DNA of 64,000 bases, from assembly GCA_041690055.1 (NCBI GenBank), contig JBDNFB010000084.1, forward strand, positions 28,086 to 92,085, given 5' to 3'. Position 1 is the stretch's first letter, and each line of letters starts with the position of its first letter. Below are positions 1 through 9,687 of the stretch, piece after piece. This DNA comes from Myxococcota bacterium (GTDB lineage: Bacteria > Myxococcota_A > UBA9160 > UBA4427). The notes below the pieces were generated by a model. It saw only the letters and a program-made list of their open reading frames with translations, ran no database searches and had not been told where the DNA came from. Position numbers and translations under genes: made by a program.

Positions 1-1
1 C

Positions 2-205
2 TCAAGCTTCGATGGGCCGTTCCTCACTCTCTTCGGGGACTCAGACCCCGCCACGCAGGGTTGGGAAGAAATCTTCAAGGAGCGTGTCCCCGGCGCGAAA
101 GGACAACCCCACCGCATCCAGGAACGAGCGGGGCATTTCTGGCAAGAAGACAACGGGGCAGAGGCGGCGGCGTGGATCGCTGAATGGATCGCCGCCACCG
201 CCTAA
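2..205 (+). CDS. alpha/beta-hydrolase C-terminal fragment (haloalkane-dehalogenase-like); 5' end lies outside the window
   Basis: Frame 2 is open from the window edge to TAA at 203-205. It reads ...LTLFGDSDPATQGWEEIFKERVPGAKGQPHRIQERAGHFWQEDNGAEAAAWIAEWIAATA. The G-H-F-x-Q-E-D tail resembles the catalytic-His end of this fold. The ORF track misses it because there is no start codon in the window. The listed 12..224 ORF is a different, Arg/Ser-rich frame. Confidence 0.5.
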   Translation, partial: SSFDGPFLTLFGDSDPATQGWEEIFKERVPGAKGQPHRIQERAGHFWQEDNGAEAAAWIAEWIAATA

Positions 206-238
206 CATTTCGCGTTTCCCTTAAGAAGAGAACGAACC

Positions 239-535
239 TCAGCCGATTCCGTTGACGAGCACTGCGAAATGGCTCGAGGTCGCAGCCAGTCGGGTCGGGA
301 TAATTTTCTGGTACTCACCCGACTCGTAGATTTCCTTCGCCTTCTCCTTGGATTCGAATTCCAGGATGATCGTCTGGTGTCCCGCCGTATCGCCTTCAAG
401 CCGCTCGGTCGCGGGATCGAACGCCTTGATCTGACACGCCTCGCCAATCTTCATGACCGGTCCAGCGGCGGCGGAATATTCGCCGTATTTCTCGGGGTCT
501 TCGACGTTGTAGTTCACAATCAGATAAGCCGGCAT
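239..535 (-). CDS. DUF1330 domain protein
   Basis: 98 aa. It begins MPAYLIVNYNVEDPEKYGEY and has the length and dimeric alpha-beta-barrel-like pattern typical of DUF1330. Confidence 0.8.
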   Translation of the reverse strand: MPAYLIVNYNVEDPEKYGEYSAAAGPVMKIGEACQIKAFDPATERLEGDTAGHQTIILEFESKEKAKEIYESGEYQKIIPTRLAATSSHFAVLVNGIG

Positions 536-570
536 ATCAATTCCTCGTTTGCCTCGCGCGATGCGCGCAG

Positions 571-605
571 GTAGATCGTTAGATCAGATCGATCAGTAGA
601 TCGTT
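571..605. repeat. cluster of five GATC sites bracketed by a 10-bp direct repeat (GTAGATCGTT)
   Basis: GTAGATCGTT occurs at 571-580 and again at 596-605. GATC sites lie at 574, 582, 587, 591 and 599. The cluster is intergenic, directly upstream of the DUF1330 gene. Confidence 0.8.
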
Positions 606-705
606 TGGTTATGGGCTTGGAACAGCGATCGGGGTTGCCCAAAACCCGGGCCGGATTCTAACCACGCCCGCGCCGTATCGCCCTCCCGCAGGCGACGGCC
701 GGACG

Positions 706-2913
706 CTAGAAAATGACCCAGGCCAGCATCGAATAGAACCCTTGCTTGATCCCTCGCCAGACTGGATTTCCGTTCCGGCGGCGTTCGTCCTCGTGGGATT
801 GCTCGATCAAGTAGGCATGGATCAAAGAAGCCTGCCCTTCGTCGAGATCCATCTCGAATCGAGGCATGCCCAGGGGCTCGTAGGCTCCGCGCAAGACGAT
901 GTCATCAAAGCGGGCGCGGGTATCGGGCGCCAAATGGCGCAGGTCAGCGATCGACCCGTCACTCACACCTCCCGATCCGTGACAACGCGTGCAGAGTTCG
1001 GAATAGAGGCGACTCCCCACTGCCAGTTCTTCCTCACTGACATCCGGCATTGGCGGCGCATCGGGAATCACCCGCGCAACAGGGTCCGGAAGCGTCGCCT
1101 CTCCCCCCAACCGAAAGACGAGCGCCCGTGCCGACGCGGGATCTTCTTCGCGCGGAAACTCGCGTCCCTGCACAATAGTGAAGCCGGCCCCGCGCGCTGC
1201 GATAACCGCGATGTACTGCACGCCGTCAATAGCGTAGCTGATCGGGCTGCCGATGATTCCGTTCTGAGTCGCATACCGAAATCGCTCGGCGCCATCGCGC
1301 GCATCAAAGGCGACGAATCCGCCATCAACGAGCCCCTGGAAGACCAGATCTCCGCCCGTCACGAGCGTGCCGCCATTGCCCATCATGGGATGGTCTACTT
1401 CCCAAACCGATTCCTGCTTCTCAGGATCCCAGGCGAGCAGATATCCCTTCATCAAAGCGCGCATCATGGTTTGCGTCAGCTGCGCGTTATGCACGCCGCC
1501 ATCCATATCGTTGCCCGTACTGAAATGTCGGTCTGAGCCGCGGAAGACCGGTTCGTCTTTCATCGGCGCCCCGTTCTCAAGCGCAGGGATATAGACGAGA
1601 CCCGTCCGCGGGCTGTAGGACATCGGATGCCAATTATGCGCACCGAGTCCAGAGGGATAAACCATCGCCGTCCCCTCGGCGAAATCCTGCCCTTCTTGCT
1701 CGACTGGCCGCCCTGTTTTGGGATCGTAATGCGAGGCCCAGGTCAGCTTGCGCGCGTAGATCTCCGCAGAAAGCAGCTCACCTGTCGCGCGATCGAGGAT
1801 GTAGAAGAATCCGTGCTTCGGCGCCTGCATGATCACGCTGCGCGCTTCGCCCTTCCATTCTATTTCGGCCAGGATCATGTGTTGAGTCGAGGTGTAGTCC
1901 CAAGTCTCGGCGGGCACTTGCTGGTGATGCCAAACGTATTCTCCGGTATCCGGGCGAAGCGCGATAATCGAGCAAAGAAAGAGGTTGTCTCCACCTTCCG
2001 GGCTTCGGATGCGCCGGTTATGCGGCGAACCGTTTCCAACGCCTATATAGAGAAGGTCGAGTTCCGGGTCGTAGGCCATGGAGTCCCAAACCGTGCCGCC
2101 TCCGCCGAGCTTCCACCATTCGCCAGTCCAGGTCCTCGCCGCATCGCGCATCTGTTCCGTCTCGAAGCCATCCGCCGGATTACCCGGCACCGTATAGAAA
2201 CGCCAAGCCAGCTCCCCGCTCTCCGCATCGTAGGCAGAGACGTAACCCCGTGTGCCCGTGAATTCCGCGCCGCCAAAACCGATGATGACCTTGCCCTTGG
2301 CGATCCGCGGCGCACCCTGGATCGAATAACTCTTTCCTTCCGGCACGGTCATCTGTATCCAGACCGGAACCCCAGTCTCCCGGTCGAGCGCGATCAGCCG
2401 GCCATCGAGCGTGCCCAGGAAGAGCCGCCCCTCATAGGCCGCGACGCCGCGATTCGAGAAACCACAGCAATAGCGGTAGCTCGTTTCCCGAGGCACCTCC
2501 GGATCGAAGCGCCAAAGCTCCTCTCCAGTTTGGGCATCCAGCGCATGCACAACACTCCAACCCGAGGTGAAATAGAGCACGCCATCGATCGCAAGCGGCG
2601 TCGTCTGCACAGCCACGCGATTCCCGATTTCGAAAGACCAGGCGAGGCCGAGATCGCCGGCATTGTCATTGTTGATCTGATCGAGGGGGCTGAAGCGGTC
2701 CTCCGCATAACCCCGGCCGTGCGCGAGCCAGTTGGGTCCCTCGCCTTCTTGGTCGGCCTCCCGGAGGCGCGCATCAGTCACGCCGGCGCTCGATTCCGCC
2801 GCAGCTGCTGCTGTTGCTCGTTCTTCCGCAATGCCCGCTCCCGCCCCGAACATAAGAAGCGCCAAGCAACATCCCAGGGGAATGCGATTCAGTCCTTGCA
2901 AGGAAATCAACAC
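706..2913 (-). CDS. PQQ-dependent quinohemoprotein alcohol dehydrogenase (type II ADH)
   Basis: 735 aa with a GTG start and a signal peptide. It has beta-propeller repeats and the vicinal Cys-Cys (SYRYCCGFSNRG) typical of PQQ ethanol/methanol dehydrogenases. The C-terminal cytochrome c domain carries a CTRCH heme motif. Confidence 0.9.
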   Translation of the reverse strand: MLISLQGLNRIPLGCCLALLMFGAGAGIAEERATAAAAAESSAGVTDARLREADQEGEGPNWLAHGRGYAEDRFSPLDQINNDNAGDLGLAWSFEIGNRVAVQTTPLAIDGVLYFTSGWSVVHALDAQTGEELWRFDPEVPRETSYRYCCGFSNRGVAAYEGRLFLGTLDGRLIALDRETGVPVWIQMTVPEGKSYSIQGAPRIAKGKVIIGFGGAEFTGTRGYVSAYDAESGELAWRFYTVPGNPADGFETEQMRDAARTWTGEWWKLGGGGTVWDSMAYDPELDLLYIGVGNGSPHNRRIRSPEGGDNLFLCSIIALRPDTGEYVWHHQQVPAETWDYTSTQHMILAEIEWKGEARSVIMQAPKHGFFYILDRATGELLSAEIYARKLTWASHYDPKTGRPVEQEGQDFAEGTAMVYPSGLGAHNWHPMSYSPRTGLVYIPALENGAPMKDEPVFRGSDRHFSTGNDMDGGVHNAQLTQTMMRALMKGYLLAWDPEKQESVWEVDHPMMGNGGTLVTGGDLVFQGLVDGGFVAFDARDGAERFRYATQNGIIGSPISYAIDGVQYIAVIAARGAGFTIVQGREFPREEDPASARALVFRLGGEATLPDPVARVIPDAPPMPDVSEEELAVGSRLYSELCTRCHGSGGVSDGSIADLRHLAPDTRARFDDIVLRGAYEPLGMPRFEMDLDEGQASLIHAYLIEQSHEDERRRNGNPVWRGIKQGFYSMLAWVIF

Positions 2914-3090
2914 GTTTCGAGTCTCCGGTTCCGCTCAGAGCCCCGCGGCACGCGGAGGGCTGCGCTGCGGCGCTCATTGCCGCAACACGGAGGGGATAGC
3001 GTGCAGCCGGTTCGACCGCATCGGTTCGCTCCGTTCCGCCGGGCCCAGTCTCCTCTTCGCCTCCGTCTAGTCGAGCGTTAGTATGAGTGG

Positions 3091-4197
3091 GTGAGCAAAG
3101 CATCCTCCCGCACGCCTCTCTTCGTAATCCTGATTGCCCTAATCCTTTTTACCGTGGGCATCTGGGGTTTCTACTCCTCGGACGGAGCCACCAAGGCGCG
3201 CGAACGAGAAGAACGCCTGGCCGAGGCCAGTGACTCCGGCCCGACCGAAATGGCACCGACGCTCGAAGTCCGCTCGATCATTGCGGGATCCGTCGACGCC
3301 AAGGAGATCGTCGAGCTCTCCGGCGTGCTCGAACCGCTGCGCACAACTTGGGTCGCAGCCGAAAGCGCCGGCCGAATTATCGAAGTGCCTATTGCTGAAT
3401 TTTCACCGATCGAGTCGGGGGATGTGCTTGTCCGACTGGACTCGAGCCTTGCTCGCGCTGAGTTGATTCGCGCCGAAGCGTCTCAAGCTCTGGCCAAGTC
3501 GGAACTAGAACGACAGAAACGACTCGGCAGTCAATCGGTCGCGAGTCAAGCCGAACTCGAACGCGCGAGCGCCGAAGAGCGGCGAGCCTATGCCGCTTTG
3601 CTGGAGGCCCGCACGCGCCTTGGCTACACGCGTATCACCGCCCCTTTCGACGGCATCGTCAACGCCCTCGACCTCGACCCCGGCGCATACGTCCAGCCCG
3701 GTGTCCGAATTGCGGAAATCCTGGATGTCTCCAAAGTCGAAATGACGATCCTGGTCAGTGATCGCCAGATCGACTCGATAAAAGAGGGCATCACGGCGCG
3801 CATTCGCATCGACTCTCTCGGCAGCGAGCGCTTCGAGGCAAAAATCGTTCGCGTCGGACAAGCCACGCAAGCGGGCAGCCAACGCTATCCCGTCGTTGCA
3901 CAACTCGGTAACGCCGAGGGCCGCTTTCGACCGGGCATGCTCGCTACCGCCCTCTTGGAGGTCGGCTCGCAAAAGGCCATCCGCCTGCCTGTCGGCGCTC
4001 TGGTTCGCGAGTTCGAGCTTGAATATGTCTTCGCGCTCGACGCAAACGACACGGCGCAGCGTCAGCGCGTCTCGACTCGCCCCGTTCCTTTCCGCCCCGA
4101 TCAGATCGAGATTCTCGAAGGCGTCGCCGAGGGTGATCGCATCGCCATCACGGCCGTGGATCAACTTCGCGATGGCCTGCGCGTGCGCGCCCAATGA
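3091..4197 (+). CDS. efflux RND transporter periplasmic adaptor (HlyD/MFP family)
   Basis: 368 aa with an N-terminal TM anchor, a coiled-coil hairpin region and the ITAPFDGIV motif. It has a 4-nt ATGA overlap with the downstream RND permease. Confidence 0.85.
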   Translation: MSKASSRTPLFVILIALILFTVGIWGFYSSDGATKAREREERLAEASDSGPTEMAPTLEVRSIIAGSVDAKEIVELSGVLEPLRTTWVAAESAGRIIEVPIAEFSPIESGDVLVRLDSSLARAELIRAEASQALAKSELERQKRLGSQSVASQAELERASAEERRAYAALLEARTRLGYTRITAPFDGIVNALDLDPGAYVQPGVRIAEILDVSKVEMTILVSDRQIDSIKEGITARIRIDSLGSERFEAKIVRVGQATQAGSQRYPVVAQLGNAEGRFRPGMLATALLEVGSQKAIRLPVGALVREFELEYVFALDANDTAQRQRVSTRPVPFRPDQIEILEGVAEGDRIAITAVDQLRDGLRVRAQ

Positions 4198-7100
4198 CGC
4201 TCCCCGAGTTCAGCGTCAAACATACGGTCCTCGTCAACGTTCTATTCGTCGTCTGCATGCTCGCCGGCGCCGCGGCGCTCACGCTTACAGAAGTCGAGTA
4301 CTACCATGACGTCACGCTGAACAAGGTTGTGATCGGGACGCGATGGACCGGCGCTTCGGCGGACGAGGTCGAACGACTCGTCACAACCAAGCTTGAGGAA
4401 GAACTCCTCACGGTCAACAATATCGACGAGATGCGTTCCGCATCGCAGTCGGGCGTGTCGCTGATTACGATTGATATTGACGAGACCCTCAACCAGGTCG
4501 AATACGAGTCCACGGTCAATGATCTCCGCGGCGCACTCGATCAGGTGCAGGACCTGCCGCAGGACGCCGAAGAGCCCACGCTCCGGGAGATCATTACGGC
4601 GGAAGTCAATCCCGTCGTCTTCATTGCCGTCACGGATGTCGGGGGCGTCGGCGACCTTGCACTGCGCGATGTGGCGCAAGAGATCAAATCCCGCGCACGG
4701 GAGCTTCCCGGCGTCTCGACCGTTGAAATCCGCGGCCTGCAGGACCGAGAGGTTCGCGTGCTCATCGACGGCAACCGCGCGGCACTTTACGATCTCACCG
4801 TTGCTGAAATTGCCGAACGCATACGACGACAAAACCAGAATCTGCCGGGCGGGACGTTTCAGGACGATTCAGGCGAAGCCACACTGCGCTCGATCGGCGA
4901 TTACGGGTCGATCGAAGAGATCCTCGACACGATCGTCCGCGCGGGTGGAAGCGGGACTCAGATTCGGGTGCGCGACGTGGCGCGAGTCGAACGCGGACTT
5001 GAGAAGCCGATCTATATCACGCGCTATAACGGCAAACCCGCCGCGATCGTTTCGGTTGGCAAGAAGGACAAGACCGATGTCCGAAAACTCGTCGGACGCG
5101 TCGACACGTTCCTCGAAGAATTCACCACCCTCGTGCCTGAGGGCATTCATGTCAACACGACCCTCGACAGCTCAGATTTCGTCACGCCCCGAATCCAGGT
5201 CCTGATCAACAATATTCTGACGGGCATGCTCCTCGTGCTCGCGCTGCTCTGGTTCACGATCGGGTTCCGAAACTCGCTGCTCACGATCATTGCTATTCCG
5301 TTCAGCTTTCTGACCGCGATAATCTTCTTTCCGATTCTCGATATCAGCATCAACTCCAACACGCTGATAGGAATGCTCTTGGTCTCCGGCATGCTCGTGG
5401 ATGACGCGATCATCGTGCTTGAGAATATCTACCGAAAGATCGAGGAGGGCATGGTCCTCGGCGAAGCGGTCATCCAGGGCGCCAACGAAGTGCTCTGGCC
5501 CGTAACCGCCGCCGTCCTGACAACGGTCGCCGCCTTCGCACCGCTTCTCCTCGTCGAAGGCACCGCAGGCAAGTTCATTTCGGTCCTGCCAAAATGCGTG
5601 GTTGTCTGCTTGATCGCTTCGCTCTTCGAGTGCCTCGTGATCTTGCCCGCCCACTACATGGACTTCGGCAGTCGAAGCGCTGCGTTCGTGACGAAGCGGA
5701 GAGACACCCTCCTCACCAAGATCATGGGCATCCCGGAACTGCTTCGAGGCCGAATGGATCGCGGCTTCGATCGCCTCCGCGCGCTCTACCTCCGCGCACT
5801 CCGCCCGGTCTTGATTCATCGCCTTTCGTTCTCGGTCCTCTTCATCGCGTTTCTCTTCGCCACCTTCGCCTTCTCCACGCGACTGAACTTCGAACTCTTT
5901 CCCGGCGAGTTCTCGAGTTTCAACATTTCGTTCGAAGCGCCCGCCGATTTCGGCCTCGATAAAACATCGGAGGTCACGCTCGCGATCGAAGAACTCCTGC
6001 TGGACATGCCGAGCGAAGACATTCAAGACTTCAACACGATCGTCGGTCTCTCCATCGATTTAAATTACGACCGGATCCTGGCGCCGAACCTCGCCCTGAT
6101 CTCCGTCGCCATCCCCCAAACGGAGCGCAACCAGCTCAGCCCGAGAGCGGTCCTCGACCGAGTCAACGATAGCCTCCAGGCCTTCGCCGCCGAACATCCC
6201 GGCGACGTCGTCGCCCTTCGGGTCGAATCCGAACGCTACGGGCCGCCCGTCGGTCGTCCCGTCGAAGTCCGCATCGAGAGCGAAGACTTCGCTATAGACA
6301 AGAAGATCGCGGACGAACTCAAGGTCTACCTCGCCGGGATTCCGGGCGTAAGCGGAATCGACGATAACCTCAAGGAAGGTCCTCGCGAGATTCGCCTGCA
6401 GATCGACGAGGAACGTGCCGGTCGATTCGGACTGACCTTTGAAGACCTCGCGCGTGCCCTGCGATCCGCAAATGACGGCGTGGTCTCCTCAAGCTTCCGT
6501 TCACCCACCGCGGTGGAAGATGACGATATCCGCGTGCAGCTCGAACCGGGTCAGCGTGACCGCATCCTCGACCTGCTCGAAATTGAAGTCCGCGGCGCGA
6601 GTGGCCAGCTCGTCCGTCTCTCCGATGTGGCCAATCTAGAAATCACCCGCGGCTATCTCGCCTATCGACGCGTCGAAGGCAAACGTGCCGTAACGGTCTT
6701 CGCCGATGTCGATGATAATCTCGCAACGAGCGTGTCGGTGAATCAAGATCTCGAAGCGCGCTTCGCGGATATTCGCCTGCGCTATCCCCAGGTCGACCTT
6801 GTCTATGGTGGTGAGTACCAGGAATCCAACGAAGCAATGGCGAATACGCTCGCCGCGTTCCCGGTTGCGTTGTTGATGATCTACATGCTCCTGGCGACAC
6901 TGTTCCGGAGCTATACGCAGCCCTTCATGGTGCTGAGTTCCGTCCCACTTGGCTTCGCGGGCATCATTTTTGGCGTCGGCCTGCTCGGTTATTCCATCAG
7001 TTTCAACCTGCTCTACGCTTCGGTTGGCCTCTCGGGCGTCGTGGTGAATGATGCGCTTGTGCTCGTCGACTTCATCAACCGCGCGCGCCGCGAGGGCATG

Positions 7101-7403
7101 TCGACCTTTGAAGCGGTTTCTCAAGCCGGCGCACAGCGTCTCCGACCCGTGATCCTCACGACGATGACGACGGTCGTGGCGCTGCTCCCCATGGCGCTCG
7201 GCATTCAAGGCGCATCGATGAGCTACGGCCCCTTCGCGGCTTCGATCGCCTTCGGGCTGCTCTTCGCCATGATCGGAACGCTCTTCGTCATTCCTCTGAG
7301 TTACGCGATGCTGGACGGATTTCATGCTGCCGTCCGCCGATCCTGGGAGGGCACACCACTCAAAACGCCAAAGGCGAAAGAGAATCCAGCCGCTACCGTC
7401 TGA
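4194..7403 (+). CDS. efflux RND transporter permease (AcrB/AcrD/AcrF family)
   Basis: 1069 aa. The layout is 12 TM segments plus two large periplasmic loops, with pseudo-twofold repeat organisation typical of RND pumps. Confidence 0.95.
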   Translation: MTLPEFSVKHTVLVNVLFVVCMLAGAAALTLTEVEYYHDVTLNKVVIGTRWTGASADEVERLVTTKLEEELLTVNNIDEMRSASQSGVSLITIDIDETLNQVEYESTVNDLRGALDQVQDLPQDAEEPTLREIITAEVNPVVFIAVTDVGGVGDLALRDVAQEIKSRARELPGVSTVEIRGLQDREVRVLIDGNRAALYDLTVAEIAERIRRQNQNLPGGTFQDDSGEATLRSIGDYGSIEEILDTIVRAGGSGTQIRVRDVARVERGLEKPIYITRYNGKPAAIVSVGKKDKTDVRKLVGRVDTFLEEFTTLVPEGIHVNTTLDSSDFVTPRIQVLINNILTGMLLVLALLWFTIGFRNSLLTIIAIPFSFLTAIIFFPILDISINSNTLIGMLLVSGMLVDDAIIVLENIYRKIEEGMVLGEAVIQGANEVLWPVTAAVLTTVAAFAPLLLVEGTAGKFISVLPKCVVVCLIASLFECLVILPAHYMDFGSRSAAFVTKRRDTLLTKIMGIPELLRGRMDRGFDRLRALYLRALRPVLIHRLSFSVLFIAFLFATFAFSTRLNFELFPGEFSSFNISFEAPADFGLDKTSEVTLAIEELLLDMPSEDIQDFNTIVGLSIDLNYDRILAPNLALISVAIPQTERNQLSPRAVLDRVNDSLQAFAAEHPGDVVALRVESERYGPPVGRPVEVRIESEDFAIDKKIADELKVYLAGIPGVSGIDDNLKEGPREIRLQIDEERAGRFGLTFEDLARALRSANDGVVSSSFRSPTAVEDDDIRVQLEPGQRDRILDLLEIEVRGASGQLVRLSDVANLEITRGYLAYRRVEGKRAVTVFADVDDNLATSVSVNQDLEARFADIRLRYPQVDLVYGGEYQESNEAMANTLAAFPVALLMIYMLLATLFRSYTQPFMVLSSVPLGFAGIIFGVGLLGYSISFNLLYASVGLSGVVVNDALVLVDFINRARREGMSTFEAVSQAGAQRLRPVILTTMTTVVALLPMALGIQGASMSYGPFAASIAFGLLFAMIGTLFVIPLSYAMLDGFHAAVRRSWEGTPLKTPKAKENPAATV

Positions 7404-7419
7404 ATAAAGGAGAAGCTGG

Positions 7420-8412
7420 ATGGAATTCGTTGTCAGTTATGACCTCCGGGCGCCGGACTTTGGACCACCGGCCCGAGAGATCTACGCAGCCACACTCGAC
7501 CAATGTGCCTGGGCCGACGAGATCGGCTTTGACGTGATCGGACTCGGCGAACACCACGCCTCCGACGACGGTTATCTCCCCTCGCCCATCCCGATGGCCG
7601 GAGCGATCGCGGCGCGCACGAAACGAATCACGATTCGACCCAACGTGCTCCTCGCTCCGCTTTATGAACCCGTCAAGCTCGCGGAAGACCTCGCGGTCTT
7701 GCAATACATCTGCGATGGCCGCCTCGAGGTAGTCATCGGCGCAGGCTATGTCCCCTACGAATTTCAGATGTTCGGCAAGCGACGCGAGGATCGTAAAGAG
7801 CTCTACATGCGAGCCTTTGAGGTCCTGCGCAAGGCGTGGTCGGGCGAGACCTTCGATTTCGAAGGGCGCAGCGTCAAGGTCCGCCCCATTCCCGACCCCG
7901 CACCCAAGCTTCTGTTAGGCGGTACCCATCGCGCCGTCGCCAAGCGGGCCGCCAAGATTGCAGACGGCTATTATCCGCCCGCCGGCGAGAATTGGCATCA
8001 TTACCGCAAGGCCTGCCTCGATCTGGGGAAGCCGGATCCGGGCGAAAACTTCAAGGCTCTGGGTCCCATCTATACCCACGTGACGAACGATCCGGAGGGC
8101 GATTGGGCAAAGATCGCGCCGCATGCGAAGCATGTCGTCGAGTCGTATTCCAAGTGGACCGTCGAAGCTTTTGGAAAGGCCGCAGGCCCCTTCGCAGGCG
8201 GTGTCGATACGGATGATCTCCGCGCCAGCGGAAGCTACCTCTGCCTCCGCCCCGAAGAAGCCGTCGAGATGATTCAAGGCCTCGGCCGCGACCGCACCTT
8301 CATCCTGACACCGCTGCTTGGCGGACTCGACCCGAAGCTGTCTTGGTCCGGTCTCCATCTCTTCGAAAAGGAAGTCTGGCCGCATGTCCGGGATCTTCGC
8401 GACCCGGCGTGA
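7420..8412 (+). CDS. LLM-class (luciferase-like) flavin-dependent oxidoreductase
   Basis: 330 aa. The sequence DEIGFDVIGLGEHH...RLEVVIGAGY follows the pattern of luciferase-like monooxygenases. An AGGAGAAG Shine-Dalgarno lies upstream of the ATG. Confidence 0.8.
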   Translation: MEFVVSYDLRAPDFGPPAREIYAATLDQCAWADEIGFDVIGLGEHHASDDGYLPSPIPMAGAIAARTKRITIRPNVLLAPLYEPVKLAEDLAVLQYICDGRLEVVIGAGYVPYEFQMFGKRREDRKELYMRAFEVLRKAWSGETFDFEGRSVKVRPIPDPAPKLLLGGTHRAVAKRAAKIADGYYPPAGENWHHYRKACLDLGKPDPGENFKALGPIYTHVTNDPEGDWAKIAPHAKHVVESYSKWTVEAFGKAAGPFAGGVDTDDLRASGSYLCLRPEEAVEMIQGLGRDRTFILTPLLGGLDPKLSWSGLHLFEKEVWPHVRDLRDPA

Positions 8413-8552
8413 AGCTCGCGTCCGTGCCCGATTTCGGAACCTGACGGGCGCGCGCCCACTGCTGTAGCGTTCTGAATGTCAGTGGTCGCTCGGCTCCGGC
8501 GTGTTCCGTATTGCGAATACTCAATAGAATGAAACGAAACGAAAGGCAGTCC

Positions 8553-9626
8553 ATGTCGCCCCAAGCTGATCTCCCCCCGACGATGCGTGCTTGGCGAGTC
8601 CATGCGTTTGGCCCAGAACCGAGCGAGACGATGCAGCTTGACGAAGTGGACGTGCCGCAGCCGGGCCCTGGCGAACTCCTTGTTCGCGCGCTTGGTATTC
8701 CGCTGAATCTGAATGATATGGAGCGGATCAACGGCAAGAACATGATGGTCCGTCCCGAGCTTCCCGTCACGCCGGGCATGGAAGTGATGGGTATCGTCGC
8801 CGCCTGTGGTGAAGGTGTCGAGGACTGGCTTGGGCGACGGGTGGTTGCGATGCCCAAGCAGGCGACGGGCGGCTATGCCGAGTACTCCATTTGCCCTGTC
8901 GTTTCGGCGTTTGAGATGCCGGAAAGCGTGCCCCTGCCGGATGCGGCTGCGCTCTATTTCCCGTATCACCTCGCGTGGCTGGGACTCCTCGACCGCGCCG
9001 AACTCAAAGCAGGCGAATCAGTCTTGATTCACGCAGCGGCGGGTGGCTCCGGTTCCGCCGCAATCCAGATCGCTAAACATCTCGGCGCCACCGTCTTCGC
9101 AACCGCGGGCAGTCCCGAAAAAGTCCAGCTCTGCAAGGCACTCGGTGCCGATCATGCCATCGACTACAACGAGCAAGAATTTTCTGCCGTTGTTATGGAA
9201 GAGACGGGGGGACGCGGTGTCGACGTCGTCTTCGACAATGTCGGCGAGGCCGTGATGGCCCCCTCCATGAACTGCATCGCCTACAACGGCCGATACCTGA
9301 TGATGGGCTTCGCCTCGGACAAGAGCTTTGCCGACGAAAAGTTCATCGTCCCGCGACGGATCTCCGCCGGCAATTTCCGCCTCTGCGGCGTGCTTCTCGC
9401 CTACGCCGACGCGCAAACCTCAGCGATGATGAAGCAGGCCATGGGTTGGAACTTCGTCTCCGATGCCCTCGGCGAAATCATCACGAAGGGCATCGTCGAG
9501 CTCGTCTCCGCGGGCCACGTGAAAGCCGTCATAGGCGAAACCGTCGAGTTCGAAGACATCCCCGCCGCAATCACACGCATGCGCGACCGGCAGACCGTCG
9601 GTCGAACGATCGTCAAACTTTTCTAG
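8553..9626 (+). CDS. zinc-type alcohol dehydrogenase / NADPH:quinone oxidoreductase (MDR family)
   Basis: It has a GroES-like N-terminal domain and a Rossmann motif, HAAAGGSGSAAIQIAKHLGA. The ORF opens at 8511. The ATG at 8553 (MSPQADLPPTMRAWRV) was chosen as the more typical N-terminus, and this start is uncertain. Confidence 0.8.
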   Translation: MSPQADLPPTMRAWRVHAFGPEPSETMQLDEVDVPQPGPGELLVRALGIPLNLNDMERINGKNMMVRPELPVTPGMEVMGIVAACGEGVEDWLGRRVVAMPKQATGGYAEYSICPVVSAFEMPESVPLPDAAALYFPYHLAWLGLLDRAELKAGESVLIHAAAGGSGSAAIQIAKHLGATVFATAGSPEKVQLCKALGADHAIDYNEQEFSAVVMEETGGRGVDVVFDNVGEAVMAPSMNCIAYNGRYLMMGFASDKSFADEKFIVPRRISAGNFRLCGVLLAYADAQTSAMMKQAMGWNFVSDALGEIITKGIVELVSAGHVKAVIGETVEFEDIPAAITRMRDRQTVGRTIVKLF

Positions 9627-9687
9627 GCGGCCTGCTTAAGCGGGTCCCTTCCGAGCTCCACTGATCTCGATCCATAAGGACGCCGCT

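Noticed and set aside
12-224. 70-aa ORF from the ORF track at the window start
   Set aside because: Its translation is Arg/Ser/Pro-rich. A different frame (2..205) gives a convincing alpha/beta-hydrolase C-terminus that runs in from the window edge.
1627-3081. 484-aa plus-strand ORF
   Set aside because: It lies entirely antisense to the PQQ alcohol dehydrogenase, which has unmistakable family motifs. Its translation is Arg/Pro/Ala/Ser-rich with no motifs. This is the typical stop-poor shadow frame of high-GC coding DNA.
8274-8969. 231-aa minus-strand ORF bridging the LLM and MDR genes
   Set aside because: It is antisense to both well-supported genes. Its composition is Arg/His/Ser-rich with no motifs.
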